NCBI GenBank assembly: GCA_000934665.2
Contig: KZ538860.1
Location: 1 to 64,000 of the forward strand
Direction: 5' to 3'
DNA: 64,000 bases
Origin: Catajapyx aquilonaris
Taxonomy: Eukaryota
Below are positions 47,474 through 58,496 of this stretch, piece after piece (positions within the stretch are counted from its first letter, which is position 1; each line of letters begins with the position of its first letter). A program made the position numbers and the translations under genes. The notes under the pieces are model-generated. The model ran no database searches. It was not told the DNA's origin and saw nothing but the letters and a program-made list of their open reading frames with translations.

Positions 47474-49374
47474 ATGTCATTGACGCTGCCCATCAATAAG
47501 AAGGAGGAAGAGAAGGAAGATGGTGGTGGTGAGATCACGACAGAGGAGACCTGGAGGATGGACTTGAAGAAGGAGGAGGAGGAGACCCCTTCTTCTTGCT
47601 TTGATGAGGAGGACCAGGCGACACTTATTGGGGAGGAGGATACGGTTCGTCATATCAAAGAGGAGCCACAGGAGGAGGAGGAGGAGGAGATGGTGGCCAC
47701 GAGCGGACGAGAGGAAGATGCGGATGATCCACTGGCAGTTGGAGGAGGAGGAGGGATTGCTGGTCAGGTGGGTCAGCTCAAATGGGGGAATGCGTTTACT
47801 GTTGTATGCCTCACTCCCATGAAATGCACCATCACAGACAAGGCAGGTGGAGTGACACGATGGCTATAATTCCACAAATTCAACTCATCAAGTGTAGTAT
47901 AGTCACAGGCTATCTCTCTCTCTCTCTCTTCTAGTCACTCCTGTCCTCCCCATCAGAGAGTTTTAAGAGCATGCTGTTCTGCCAGGTGCCCTTCCTCTGC
48001 CCAGCGCAGCTCCCTCGCACATGTCCCACTTACTGAGAAGAGGTGTATCTTATTTTTCAGGTGGAGGTTGGGGACGGATGTGAAAGGAAAAGGATAAGTC
48101 AGGGAGAGAAGGAAGTTGGTTCCATGGAAATGTGTAGCGGGACATCTCATTCGAAGGGACATGTGGAAGTACACAGCACAAGCAGGAAGTGGTTTGCTTG
48201 CAAAGTATGCCAAAGGGGGTTCAGACGGGCATGTGATTTGAAAGTACACTTGGCTACTCACACAGGAGAAAATAAGGCTTTTGCTTGTAATGTGTGTCAG
48301 AAAAGATTTGTGTTTCCATCCGTCTTGAAAAAGCACATGGTTACTCACACTGGGGAAAAGGCATTCCACTGCAAAATGTGCCAAAAAAGGTTCAGCAGGG
48401 CACATGCTTTAAAAAAACACGTGGAAATTCACACAGGGGAACAGGCTTTTGCTTGTGATGTGTGTCAAAAAAGATTTGCATTGGCATCTGTCTTGAAAAA
48501 GCACATGGTTACTCACACAGGGGAGAAGTCCTTAGCTTGCAATTTGTGTCAGAAAAAGTTCCGCAGGGCATCTGCCTTGAAAAGTCACATGAAGACTCAT
48601 ACAGGAGTGAAACCATTTGCTTGCGAATTGTGTCAGGAGAGGTTTGCATACGCCTATACTCTGAAGACCCACATGGTCGCCCACACGGGGGAGAAGGAAT
48701 TTGGTTGCCACGAGTGTCAAAAAAGGTTCGTATTTGAATCCGCTTTGAAGTCACACATGGCCACCCACTCGGGAGAGAAGCCACTTGTTTGTCGAGTGTG
48801 CAGCAAAAGGTTTGCTTTGGCGTCTGCTTTAAGAAAACACATGGTTACTCATACGGGAGATAAGTCGCACGCTTGCAATTTGTGTCAGAAGAGGTTCGTA
48901 TCGTCAACTTATTTAAAGCACCATATGGTTATTCACACAGGGGAGAAGCCCTTTGATTGCAACACGTGCCAGAAGAGCTTCGCATTTGCATATACTTTAA
49001 AAATGCACATGAAGACTCATACAGGCGAGAAGGAATTTGCCTGTGATGTGTGTCAAAAGAGGTTTAGTAAGGCATATAGTCTGAAGAAACACACGGTTAC
49101 TCACACAGGAGATAAGCCTTTTGATTGCAAATTGTGTCAGAGAAGGTTTCCATACGCATCTTCTTTGAAGAAACACATGGTGACGCACGCGAAAGTGAGA
49201 GCTTTTGATTGTGGAGCGTGCGACAAAAGGTTTGCGCAGATGTGGGAATTGAAGAAGCACATGGTTAGTACTCACGGTGGGGAGAGGAAATTCGTTTGCA
49301 ACTTGTGTGAGAAGAGTTATTATGTGCTGTCGTCTCTGAGGAGGCATATATTGACTCACACGGAAAACAATTAG
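47474..49374 (+). CDS. Cluster gene ZNF-E: acidic exon 47474-47767 + C2H2 exon 48061-49374 (14 fingers)
   Basis: MSLTLPINKKEE..EETWRMDLKKEE..DADDPLAV; phase-0 intron. Confidence 0.9.
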
Positions 49375-50042
49375 AGCTGTACATTTCATGAACAGTTAAA
49401 TAAAATTGTGGTTGAAAGTATTTTTTTTTGGGTGGCTTAATAATGGCCGGGCCATTTGGAGTCTGAGGGTCAGACGGACGCCCTGAACCATTGCATTTTT
49501 CCGCCTTTAAAAATGTCATTTTCTCATATATGTTGCAGAGTAGCAGCGACTGAGACGCGGGTCACTCCAAGGTCACTCGCTGCTACCCATGCCCAAGGAG
49601 CGAGGGTCGGAATGCGCCCGGGTATATTGATCCAACAAGATGGCCTCTTGCTCTTCTTCTTCTCTGCTCAGGGAATAGGAGTGTTGAAGAGATTGGGAAA
49701 AGAAAGAATCTCTCTCCCTGAGCTCCCTGGGGTCATTGGGAAGAAGGGCCAGCTGGTGGTGGTGGTCCACACCCATCAGGAGGAGGAGGAGGACTGGTAT
49801 ACTGTTGCAGGCAACAATAAAACATTCCGCAGGAGTTACTTATACCGCTCTTGCTTATACACAAATTATTAATCCTTGCAACAATTTGTTTTGCTTTTTA
49901 ATGACATGCGAGGGTGTATCCAGAGGCGACTATTTCTTGGCATTCTTTTTTGCATGATGTGCTGCAGGATGACGAGGATACCACACGCGTAAACACTGGC
50001 ACCTCGGCAAGTTACCTGACCGTTAGTTCCATTTACAGGAGC

Positions 50043-51505
50043 ATGTCATTGATGCTGACCATCAAGAAGGAGGAGGAGGAAGGAATTGATGGTGAGATCG
50101 TAAAGGAGGAGGAGATATGGAGTTTGCCCTTGAAGGCCCATGATGACTCGACACTTGTAGAGGATGCGATTGGTGAGATCAAAGAAGAACCAGCAGAGGA
50201 GGAGGAGATGGTGGCAACTGCGGCAGAAGCAGGTGATGCGGATGATCCACTGGCAGTTAGAGGAGGAGGAGGGATTGGTCAGGTAGGTCAGCACTACCCA
50301 TATTGGAACTTTAGTTTGCTGTACTGTTGCATGTCACAATTAACTCTCATTTTGACTAATGAAATAATGTACCACAGACAAGGCAAGTTTGCAAGTGGCA
50401 TGCCGGGTGTGACTTCACACATTCAAATTGAAATTATTAATTGCAGTTGTGCTGCAAAGAAAACAGTGCAAGAGAGAAATACTTGGCTGATCTGAGCAAA
50501 TGCCATCCAGCAAAAAAAGGCTGTATCTATGTGATTCCATAACCTGACCTCTAAAGTTAGCAGTAACTAGCAGTGGCACAAAAATTCGACCCTCGAGACT
50601 GTAAATCTTGGTAATTTAATGGGACATCCTCTCATTTGCAGGAAGATGTGGACATGCACACAAGAAGCAGGAAGCGGCTTGCTTGCAAATTGTGGCAGAA
50701 AGGATTCGGAAGAGCAACTGATTTGAAAAAGCATACTACATACTCACCAGAAAAGCCGTTTCATTGTGAAGTGTGCAAGAAAAGGTTTGCATTTGCATCT
50801 GCTTTGAACACACACGTTGTCACTCACACAGGAGCAAAACCTTTCGCTTGCAACTACTGCCAGAAAAGGTTTGCATTTGCATCTTCTTTGAAGACACACA
50901 TGGTTACTCACACAGGCGCAAAACCATACACCTGCAACTTGTGTCTGAAGAGTTTCGCATGTGCATCTAAACTGAAAGACCATACCGTTACTCACTCAGA
51001 AGAGAAAGCATTTGCGTGCAACTTGTGTCACAAGCGGTTTGCAATGGCATCGCAATTGCAGCGCCATATGGTTACTCACTCAGAAGAGAAGGTATTTGCG
51101 TGCAACTTGTGTCAGAAGAGCTTTGCATGTCCACATACTTTCAAAAGACACTTGAAGAATCACACAGCGGAGAAGTCATTTGCATGCAACTTGTGCCAAA
51201 AAAGGTTTGCATTTGCGTCTAATTTGAAGCAACACATGGTTACGCACTCGGAGGAGAAGCCATTTGCTTGCAACTTGTGCCAGAGACGGTTTGCGATGGC
51301 CGTTCAATTGAAGCGCCACATGGTCACTCACACGGAAGACAAGCCATTTGCTTGTCAAGTCTGCAAGAAACGCTTTGCATTTGCATATGCTTTGAAAAAT
51401 CACATGGTAACTCACACGGGAGACAAGTCATTCGCTTGCGATGTGTGCCAGAAAAGGTTTGCATGGCCGTCTAAATTGAAGCAGCACATGGTTATTCACA
51501 CCTGA
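50043..51505 (+). CDS. Cluster gene ZNF-F: acidic exon 50043-50282 + C2H2 exon 50642-51505 (9 intact fingers, 1 degenerate; stop in the linker)
   Basis: In-frame TTTGCAG|GAA acceptor; ends CAC ACC TGA GAG followed by finger remnants. Confidence 0.78.
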
Positions 51506-52232
51506 GAGATGCACATATGTTGGCAGATTTTGGCAGGAAATATTAACTCGCCTATCTTTGGTTATGCAAAAATGGTGACTCACACACGAGGGAAGGGAGG
51601 CAAAGTGTGCAAGGAAAGGTTTTCAGAGGAGTTTGACACGCGGAAAGCTGGAAACAAGCGAGATGGGATTTGCTGAGAAGATAGGTACACACTACTGCTT
51701 TTATCTCTTGGGTCCTTAGGAGGTCATGCAGGTGCTCTACTGATACGGTTAACCTGCCATCTGAGTAGGGGAAAAAAAATACACGTTGGAAATAATTTTA
51801 GTTGAAGGTGTGCAAGAGGACTTTTTGTTGATGGCTCATAGGGCCCATCCAGACAAGTTGTTAATTGCCGTTATGTCAATTTTTTGGTCATAAATAAAAT
51901 TATTGTGTAAATTATTTTGCTAGCCTTTAGCATGATTTATTTCCCTGTGTGTTGCAGTTATTTTTAATTCAAGAGAGAGAGAGAGAGAGAGACCATATCT
52001 GTGAGTAGCAGCGAGATGTTGGTAACTGCTACCTATGAGACAGATAGCGCTTAAGGCCTTGAAACATGTCCAGAGAGTGGCAGTGGTCGGAATGCACCCA
52101 TGACGTCATTCCAACATGGCGGACGTCTCCTTCCTGTGAAAAAGAGGAAAAGGAGACTCTCATCGGAGGAGGAGAGGCTTATTCTCCCTTCTCGTCGCTG
52201 CCATTTCATTAGTTCCATCTGCATAGGACCAT

Positions 52233-53400
52233 ATGTCGTTGATGCTGCCCATCAAGAAGGAGGTGGTGGAGGAGGAGGAAGGAGCAGGCGAAGATGATGG
52301 GATTGCAGCCGAGGAGATGATGTGCAGCTTCCCCTTGAAGGAGGAGGCCTGGAGCATGCCCTTGGAGGAAGAGGAGACCCCTTCAAGCTTCTTCCACGGT
52401 GAGGACTCTGTGGAGGACACCGTCGGTGAGATTGAGCCGGAGGAGGAGGAGATGGTGGCTGCCACGGAGGAGGTTGACCAGGATGCGGATGATCCACTGG
52501 CAGATGGGGAGGTAGGTCATCAGCAGCTGGTGGGGCATTCGTTTGCTGGACTCTTACATTCTACTCGCAAATTATGGCTAATCAAGTGCACCACAGACAA
52601 TGGGAGGTGCTGGCCTGTGATTTCACAAATTCAAATCATCATGTGCAGCTATATCTCTCCCATGCATCTGCTTCAAGCCATATAAAATCTGCCACTTCTT
52701 AAAAACCCCAAACTCATTTGCCCCATCGCGTTTTTCTGAGGCACCAGATCTCAAGAAGGATCATCCGGTAGTGTAGCATATCAGAACTGCAAAAACAAGA
52801 GATGTAAGGGCGGGTTCAGACTTTTCAGAAAGTTTGGTGTTTTCCCCTCAATGAGGTTGGCTATCATAATGTTCATGTGATGCGTATTTCTTTCAGGTCA
52901 AGCCTGGGGTTGGAGGAGCACGGAAAGGGAGAAGAGCAGGAGAGAAGAGACTTTGTCGCAAGAAAGCGTTTAGTGATGGGACATCTCCCTGGAAGGAAGA
53001 TGCGGCGGAGGACCCGACGAGAAGGAAGTGGTTTGATTGCAAAGTGTGTCAAAAAAGGTTTAGTAAGTCGTCTAATTTGAAAGCGCACATGGTTACTCAC
53101 ATCTTCGGAGAGAATCCATTTGATTGCAACACGTGTCAGAAGAGGTTCGCATTGGCGTCTCTCTTGGAAAATCACATGAAGACTCATGCGGGAGAGAGGA
53201 AGGAATTCGCGTGCACACTGTGCCAGAGAGAGTACAGCAGGGCCAGGGATCTGAAGAAGCACATGCTGACTCACACAGGAGAGAACCCTTTCGGTTGCAA
53301 GTGGTGCCAGAAGAGGTTCGCACTGGCGTCCTCCCTGGAGAACCACACCAGGACTCACGCAGGGGATAATCGTGTCACCACCACAGCAAGTCAGAAATAA
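52233..53400 (+). CDS. Cluster gene ZNF-G: acidic exon 52233-52511 + C2H2 exon 52897-53400 (4 fingers)
   Basis: Phase-0 splice gives a continuous frame into ORF 53044-53400. Confidence 0.85.
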
Positions 53401-53715
53401 ATTCCAGGATTGATTCTGGCAAGCGATATTTCGTCATTGCAAAAGTTGGTCCTAATATTATTTTGCAATAGTTTTATATGGAAATGGGAGTAGCAGCGAT
53501 GTAAAGTCGCTGCTATTCCCCCCTCAGCGGGTAGCGCTTAATGGCTTGGCACCCTGAGGAGCGACGGTCGGAATGCGCCCCACTTCGGAGGTTATTGATC
53601 CAAGATGGCGGATCGTTCTTTTTCCCTTCCTTCCTTCCTTCCCCTAGGACTGGTCGTGGCTCTCGGAGGAGGAGGAGGAGGCTGACCTCTCCCTGGGCGT
53701 CGCTTCGTCCTCACC

Positions 53716-55765
53716 ATGGCTTTGATGCTGCCCATCGTCAAGGGGGAAGAAGAAGAGGTGGAGGAGCAGGGAGATGGGATCATCGCAACCACGGAGGAGG
53801 AGACTGCCCCTTCAAGCCGCTTATTCCACTACCATGGATCGACAGAGCAGGGCCCTCAGATCAAAGAGGAGGAGGAGATGGTGTCAACCGCATCAGATGA
53901 ACACACATGTTTTGAAGGTGGGATCGTCAAGGAGGAGATTTGGAGTTTGCCCTTGAAGGAGCCCACTTCCAGCTTCCGTCGTGATGGCTTATTGACGCTT
54001 GAGGTCAAAGAGGAGCCGGCAGAGGAGGAGGAGATGGTGGCCACGGCGTCAAGCGGAGACGAAGATGCGGATGATCCACTGGCAGTTGGAGGCTGTCAGG
54101 TAGGTCGGCACTACTGGGACCTACGTTGACTGGATTGTTCAATGTTTTACACCGATATTCACTATTATTAAGTTTGGCAGTTGGGTTATTGGCACCAGCA
54201 TGACATTGAGGCATTCACAGGGAAAGGGGCGTGACTCACATCACCGAGAAATGTGCTGCGCAAAGAAAGAAAAAAGTAGCCTGCATTTAAATGTTGCACT
54301 CATAAATAAAACTGCTTTTACTTTTCAGTGACGAATCCAACAATAAGAAATGTTTTGTGTGATAAAAATAATATGCTTCACGGTGTTCTCAAAAAAATAA
54401 ATATTTTCTTTGCCTATAGCCCCCATAAAAAATTCAATTAGTGACTTACGCCCTATCCCATGTGAATGCCTCAATTACCATCACTGGTGCGCCTGAATGC
54501 ACCCAATGCAATTGTTAGGTTGACATAAGTTAGCTTCGTGCCCTAAATAGGGACCTGCCCTCCTTTAAATCCTTGCAGTTAAAATCCTTCACCTGGACAG
54601 GAGGGGGTTGCAATGATCTTGTTTCTGCGTGTGACTTGATAAAATAATGACTGTGTGGTTAATCTTGTGGTGTCCAGCTGCAGTGATTCTCAGACCATCA
54701 CATTACACGAAGCACACAACAAATTGGTGGGGATGAGCACGGGCTGTTCTTTGATTGTTGATGGACTGGATTGATCTCTTTCAGGTGGAGGCTGGGGATG
54801 ACGGGAAAGGGATGCAGACAAGCCAAGGAGAGAAGTCTTTTCATTGTGAAATGTGCAAGAAAAGGCTTCCAAGTGCATCTGCTCTGAAGGCGCACATGGT
54901 TATTCACACGGGAGAGAAGCCCTTTGCTTGCAACCTGTGCCAGAAAAGGTTTGGATTTGCATGTGCTTTGAAGAGACACATACTTACCCACGCAGGAGTT
55001 AAGCCATTCCGTTGTGAAATGTGCCAGAAAAGGTTTGGATGCGATTCCGCTTTAAAGACGCACATGATTACTCACACGGGAGTGAAACCATTTGCTTGCG
55101 ACTATTGCCAGAAAGGATTTGCATTTGCGTCAACTTTGAGGGCACACATGGTCACTCACACAGAAGAGAAGCCGTTTGTTTGCGACGTCTGCCAGAAAAG
55201 GTTTGCATTGGAATCTTACCTGAAGGCGCACATGGTTACTCACACGGGAGAGAAGCCCTTTGCCTGCAGCGTGTGCCAGAGAAGGTTCGCATTGGCATCT
55301 TACCTGACGCGTCACATGGTCGTTCACTCTGAAGAGAAGCCACTTGATTGTGAAGTGTGCCAGGAAACCTTTTCGTCTGCGTACACTTTGAAAGAACACA
55401 TGGACACCCACGCATTGAAACCATTCGCTTGCCCCGTCTGTCAGAAAAGGTTTAGTAGCGCGTCTAATATGAAGCAGCACATGGCCACCCACTCGGAATG
55501 GAAGGAATTTGCTTGCAACCTGTGCCAGAAGAGGTACGCATTGGCATCTGACCTGAAGCGCCACATGAAGACTCACTCGGAGAAGCCATTTGATTGCCCA
55601 GTGTGCAAGAGAAGCTTCGCGTTTGAACATGCCTTGAAGAAGCACATGGAGACCCACACAGGGGAGAAGGAGTTTGCCTGCAGCTTGTGCCAGAAGAGGT
55701 ACACCCTGCTGTCGTCCTTGAGGAGGCACACAGCCACTCACACAGGAAATGCTAGCAATAGCTGA
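53716..55765 (+). CDS. Cluster gene ZNF-H: acidic exon 53716-54099 + C2H2 exon 54785-55765 (11 fingers)
   Basis: MALMLPIVK..EIWSLPLKE..DADDPLAV; phase-0 intron. Confidence 0.9.
54205..54475. mobile_element. MITE in the ZNF-H intron
   Basis: ATTGAGGCATTCACA..GGGCGT..TCAC / GTGA..ACGCCC..TGTGAATGCCTCAAT, ~33-bp imperfect inverted repeats around an AT-rich core. Confidence 0.75.
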
Positions 55766-56222
55766 ATGGAAACTTGCTCTTGATGACCTGCCGCCTAGTC
55801 ACCAACCGGTACTTTATTCAGTGGATATTATTATTGGGAGTAGTTGTTCCCTGTTCCGGACAGGCCGTTGTATTTGGGAGTCATGTATTGTGCGTATACA
55901 TGTGTAAATGCAGTATGTGGTTATGTACAAGACGTTTGTGAATTTTATGAATGAATAAATGAAATTATTATTATTTGAACGAAAGAGCGTCTTAAATAGC
56001 CGCTACTCATCAGGATCTGGATAGCGCATAAGCACATCCCTTTTCAAAGCGTTGATCGGAATGCACCCGACTCCAAAAAAACAAAAAAAAAAATGAAGAA
56101 TGTTTTCCAAGATGGCGGACGATCCTTTCCGTTAGCGCGTCACTCTTTCTCTTCATTTCGACCCGTTTCTTCGCCCACCTTCGCGTCTAGAGGGAGAATC
56201 GCCTTCCATACACTTGCACGGT

Positions 56223-57529
56223 ATGTCACTGATTGAAAGGATCAAGGAGGAGGAAGACTATGGCGATGAAGAAGAAGTCGCGATGGAAGAGCTGTGGAAG
56301 GAGCCGTTGATAGAAGAAGCCCCTTCTTGCTCTGATCATGAAGCCACGACACCCATCAAAGGGGAACCAGCTGAGGAGGAGGAGGAGGAGGAGGAGATGG
56401 AATACAATGTTACGGCCAAGGTGACTGAAGATGACCCATTGGCAGTTGGTTCTGCAGGCAACGGAGAGGTACGTTAGCGTCAGGAATTGCGAAACAACTT
56501 CCCTGGACTCAGTCTTCCGTAAAGACTAGCTTGTGTTTGAAAAATTAGATGGAAAAAAAAGGGATTCTAATGGTGCAATAAATGTACTGAAATTGTAAAT
56601 CCAGATGGTCAGCCAGGAAAAGTCTGTAGAAAGCCAATCGTGTGTGACTTTCTCTTCAGAGCAAGACTGGTGGTGCACCAGCAGGAAGATCTTCCATGTC
56701 GTTACGCCGTGGTAGCATCAATAGAAAACCACAGAGGAAGAGAAGCAAAAAGTTGTCAGTGAAGCAGCAAATGGCGAGAAACAAAGAGACACATCCTGTG
56801 AAGCCTGGCTGTACCTGCAAAAACAAGTGCGCAGACAAAATAACGGAGGAGAGGAGAGAGGCCATCAACAGTGAGTTCTGGGCCTTGGACCACTGCGGAC
56901 GGCAGGTGTTCATCCACGGTTCCATCACCAAGATTCCCAAGAAGCAAAGCACCACGGTTGGATTCAGCTGTCGCTCCTACAGTTTCTTTTACCATATGAG
57001 AGACCAGTACAACAATTCCTTTCGAGTGTGCAAGGCTTTTTATCTCACAACACTTGGCTTCGCCCAGAATAATGACACTGTTGTGCGGAACGTGATGCGT
57101 GTGTGCGACGGTCCGTTGTTTTTCCCTCAGCAGGATGGGAGGGGAAGGGCTCCTTCCCCATACAAGATCGATACCACCTCCATTGAAGAGCACATCAAGT
57201 CTTACGTTCCTGGTCTATCCCAGAGGAGACGGGACAACGGGACAAATTCATCAGGTGACGTGACATTTTCTGCAATGGTGAAAGACTACAATTCCAAGCA
57301 CAAGGAACGGCCCGTCTCCTACAGCATATACTGCAGGGTAGCCAAGACCATGAACATTTCAATTACATCTGGCGGAAAAATTAGTGCTCCTAATAAACGA
57401 GTACCAAATTGCCAATATTTACAGCCTTCTCTTAATCCTGTGCAATTATCACTAAGGCTCCCGTTGGAATGCACCCAACATGGACCACAAACGGCTTCTC
57501 CTCTGCATGAGTTGCCAGGTGCCTTTTGA
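56223..57529 (+). CDS. Cluster gene I: acidic exon 56223-56468 spliced to a non-C2H2, Cys-rich, probably transposase-derived exon 56660-57529
   Basis: MSLIERIKEE..ELWKEPL..EDDPLAV; phase-0 splice in frame; CTCKNKC..EERREAINSEFWAL..RVCKAFYLTTLG..DGRG..IEEHIKSY. Confidence 0.78.
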
Positions 57530-58073
57530 AATGAGATGCCCAGGCAAACCGTTTCTGACAAAAAGTGCAAATGAATGGCTGATACGACCTATGAATCTCC
57601 GTGTGTTTTTTTCAATTTAGATTCCAGTGCAAATGTTTTCTGGCAAAATTCACATGTCAGTGGCTTTTCTTTTGTATGAGTCAAAACGTGCGATTTCATA
57701 GTATCTGGCCTTGCAAACCTTTTGTGACACGCACTGCAAGCAAATGGCTTCTTCTCCTCTGCATGCCTGGCCATGTGCATTTTCAAAGAGTATCTCTGCG
57801 CAAACCTTTTCTGGCACAATTGACAAGAAAATGCTGCCTTCACTCCCGTGTGGGTCACCCAAGTGTTTTTTTCAAAGTAGACGCCAAAGCAAACTCTCTC
57901 TGACACACGCTACATGCTAATGGTTTTTCTCCCGTGTGAGTCATCAAATGCGTCTTCAAACCAAAGGGCCGACTAAACTTCTTATTGCACTGATGACAAG
58001 TCTTCTCTCTTTCGACTGTCCTGATATTTGGCTCCTTCCTCCTTTCAATGATTCCATCCGCTTCTTGGTCAAC
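57485..58073 (-). pseudogene. Frameshifted C2H2 array (ZNF-J pseudogene) that keeps the promoter cassette but lacks the acidic exon
   Basis: Fingers split over several frames (CHQC..HLMTH, CQLC..HMARH, CSAC..HVLTH, QKRFAWASHFKRHLATH) with shifts at A-runs near 57870 and 57610. Confidence 0.8.
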
Positions 58074-58496
58074 CTGCAAGATTAATTTATCAGTACAGTG
58101 ATACAATTTTTAGGACTGAAAAGCCTGTTTCGTTCCATTTGCTCTCCATTACACAATGTAGTGTCAATAATAATAATAATAAGATCAATAATAAGAGAGA
58201 GAGAGAGAGATGAAAGTACACTTCAAGAGGTGGTTACAAGCAATATCGGGCGGCCATCTTGGATTGCATTTTTTTTTGCGGGTGCGTTCCGATGGCCACC
58301 TTTCGCTGGGGGGGAATGGCGGACGGGCTTATGCGCTATTAATGGGGGAACAGCAGCGATTGCACGACGATCCCAATAATACCGATCGAATCGATCGTAT
58401 CAGAAGAAGAAGAAGCCCGTGTCCGTCCGTCTCTCTCTCTCTCTCTCTCTCCTTCCTTCTGGTGGTCCATTGTCCACCAGAGCAGCTACAGGCAGG

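Noticed and set aside
57464..57484. Extra promoter-cassette copy (GGAATGCACCCAACATGG)
   Set aside because: Only motif 3 with a partial YY1 core at the wrong spacing, inside a coding region with no downstream gene
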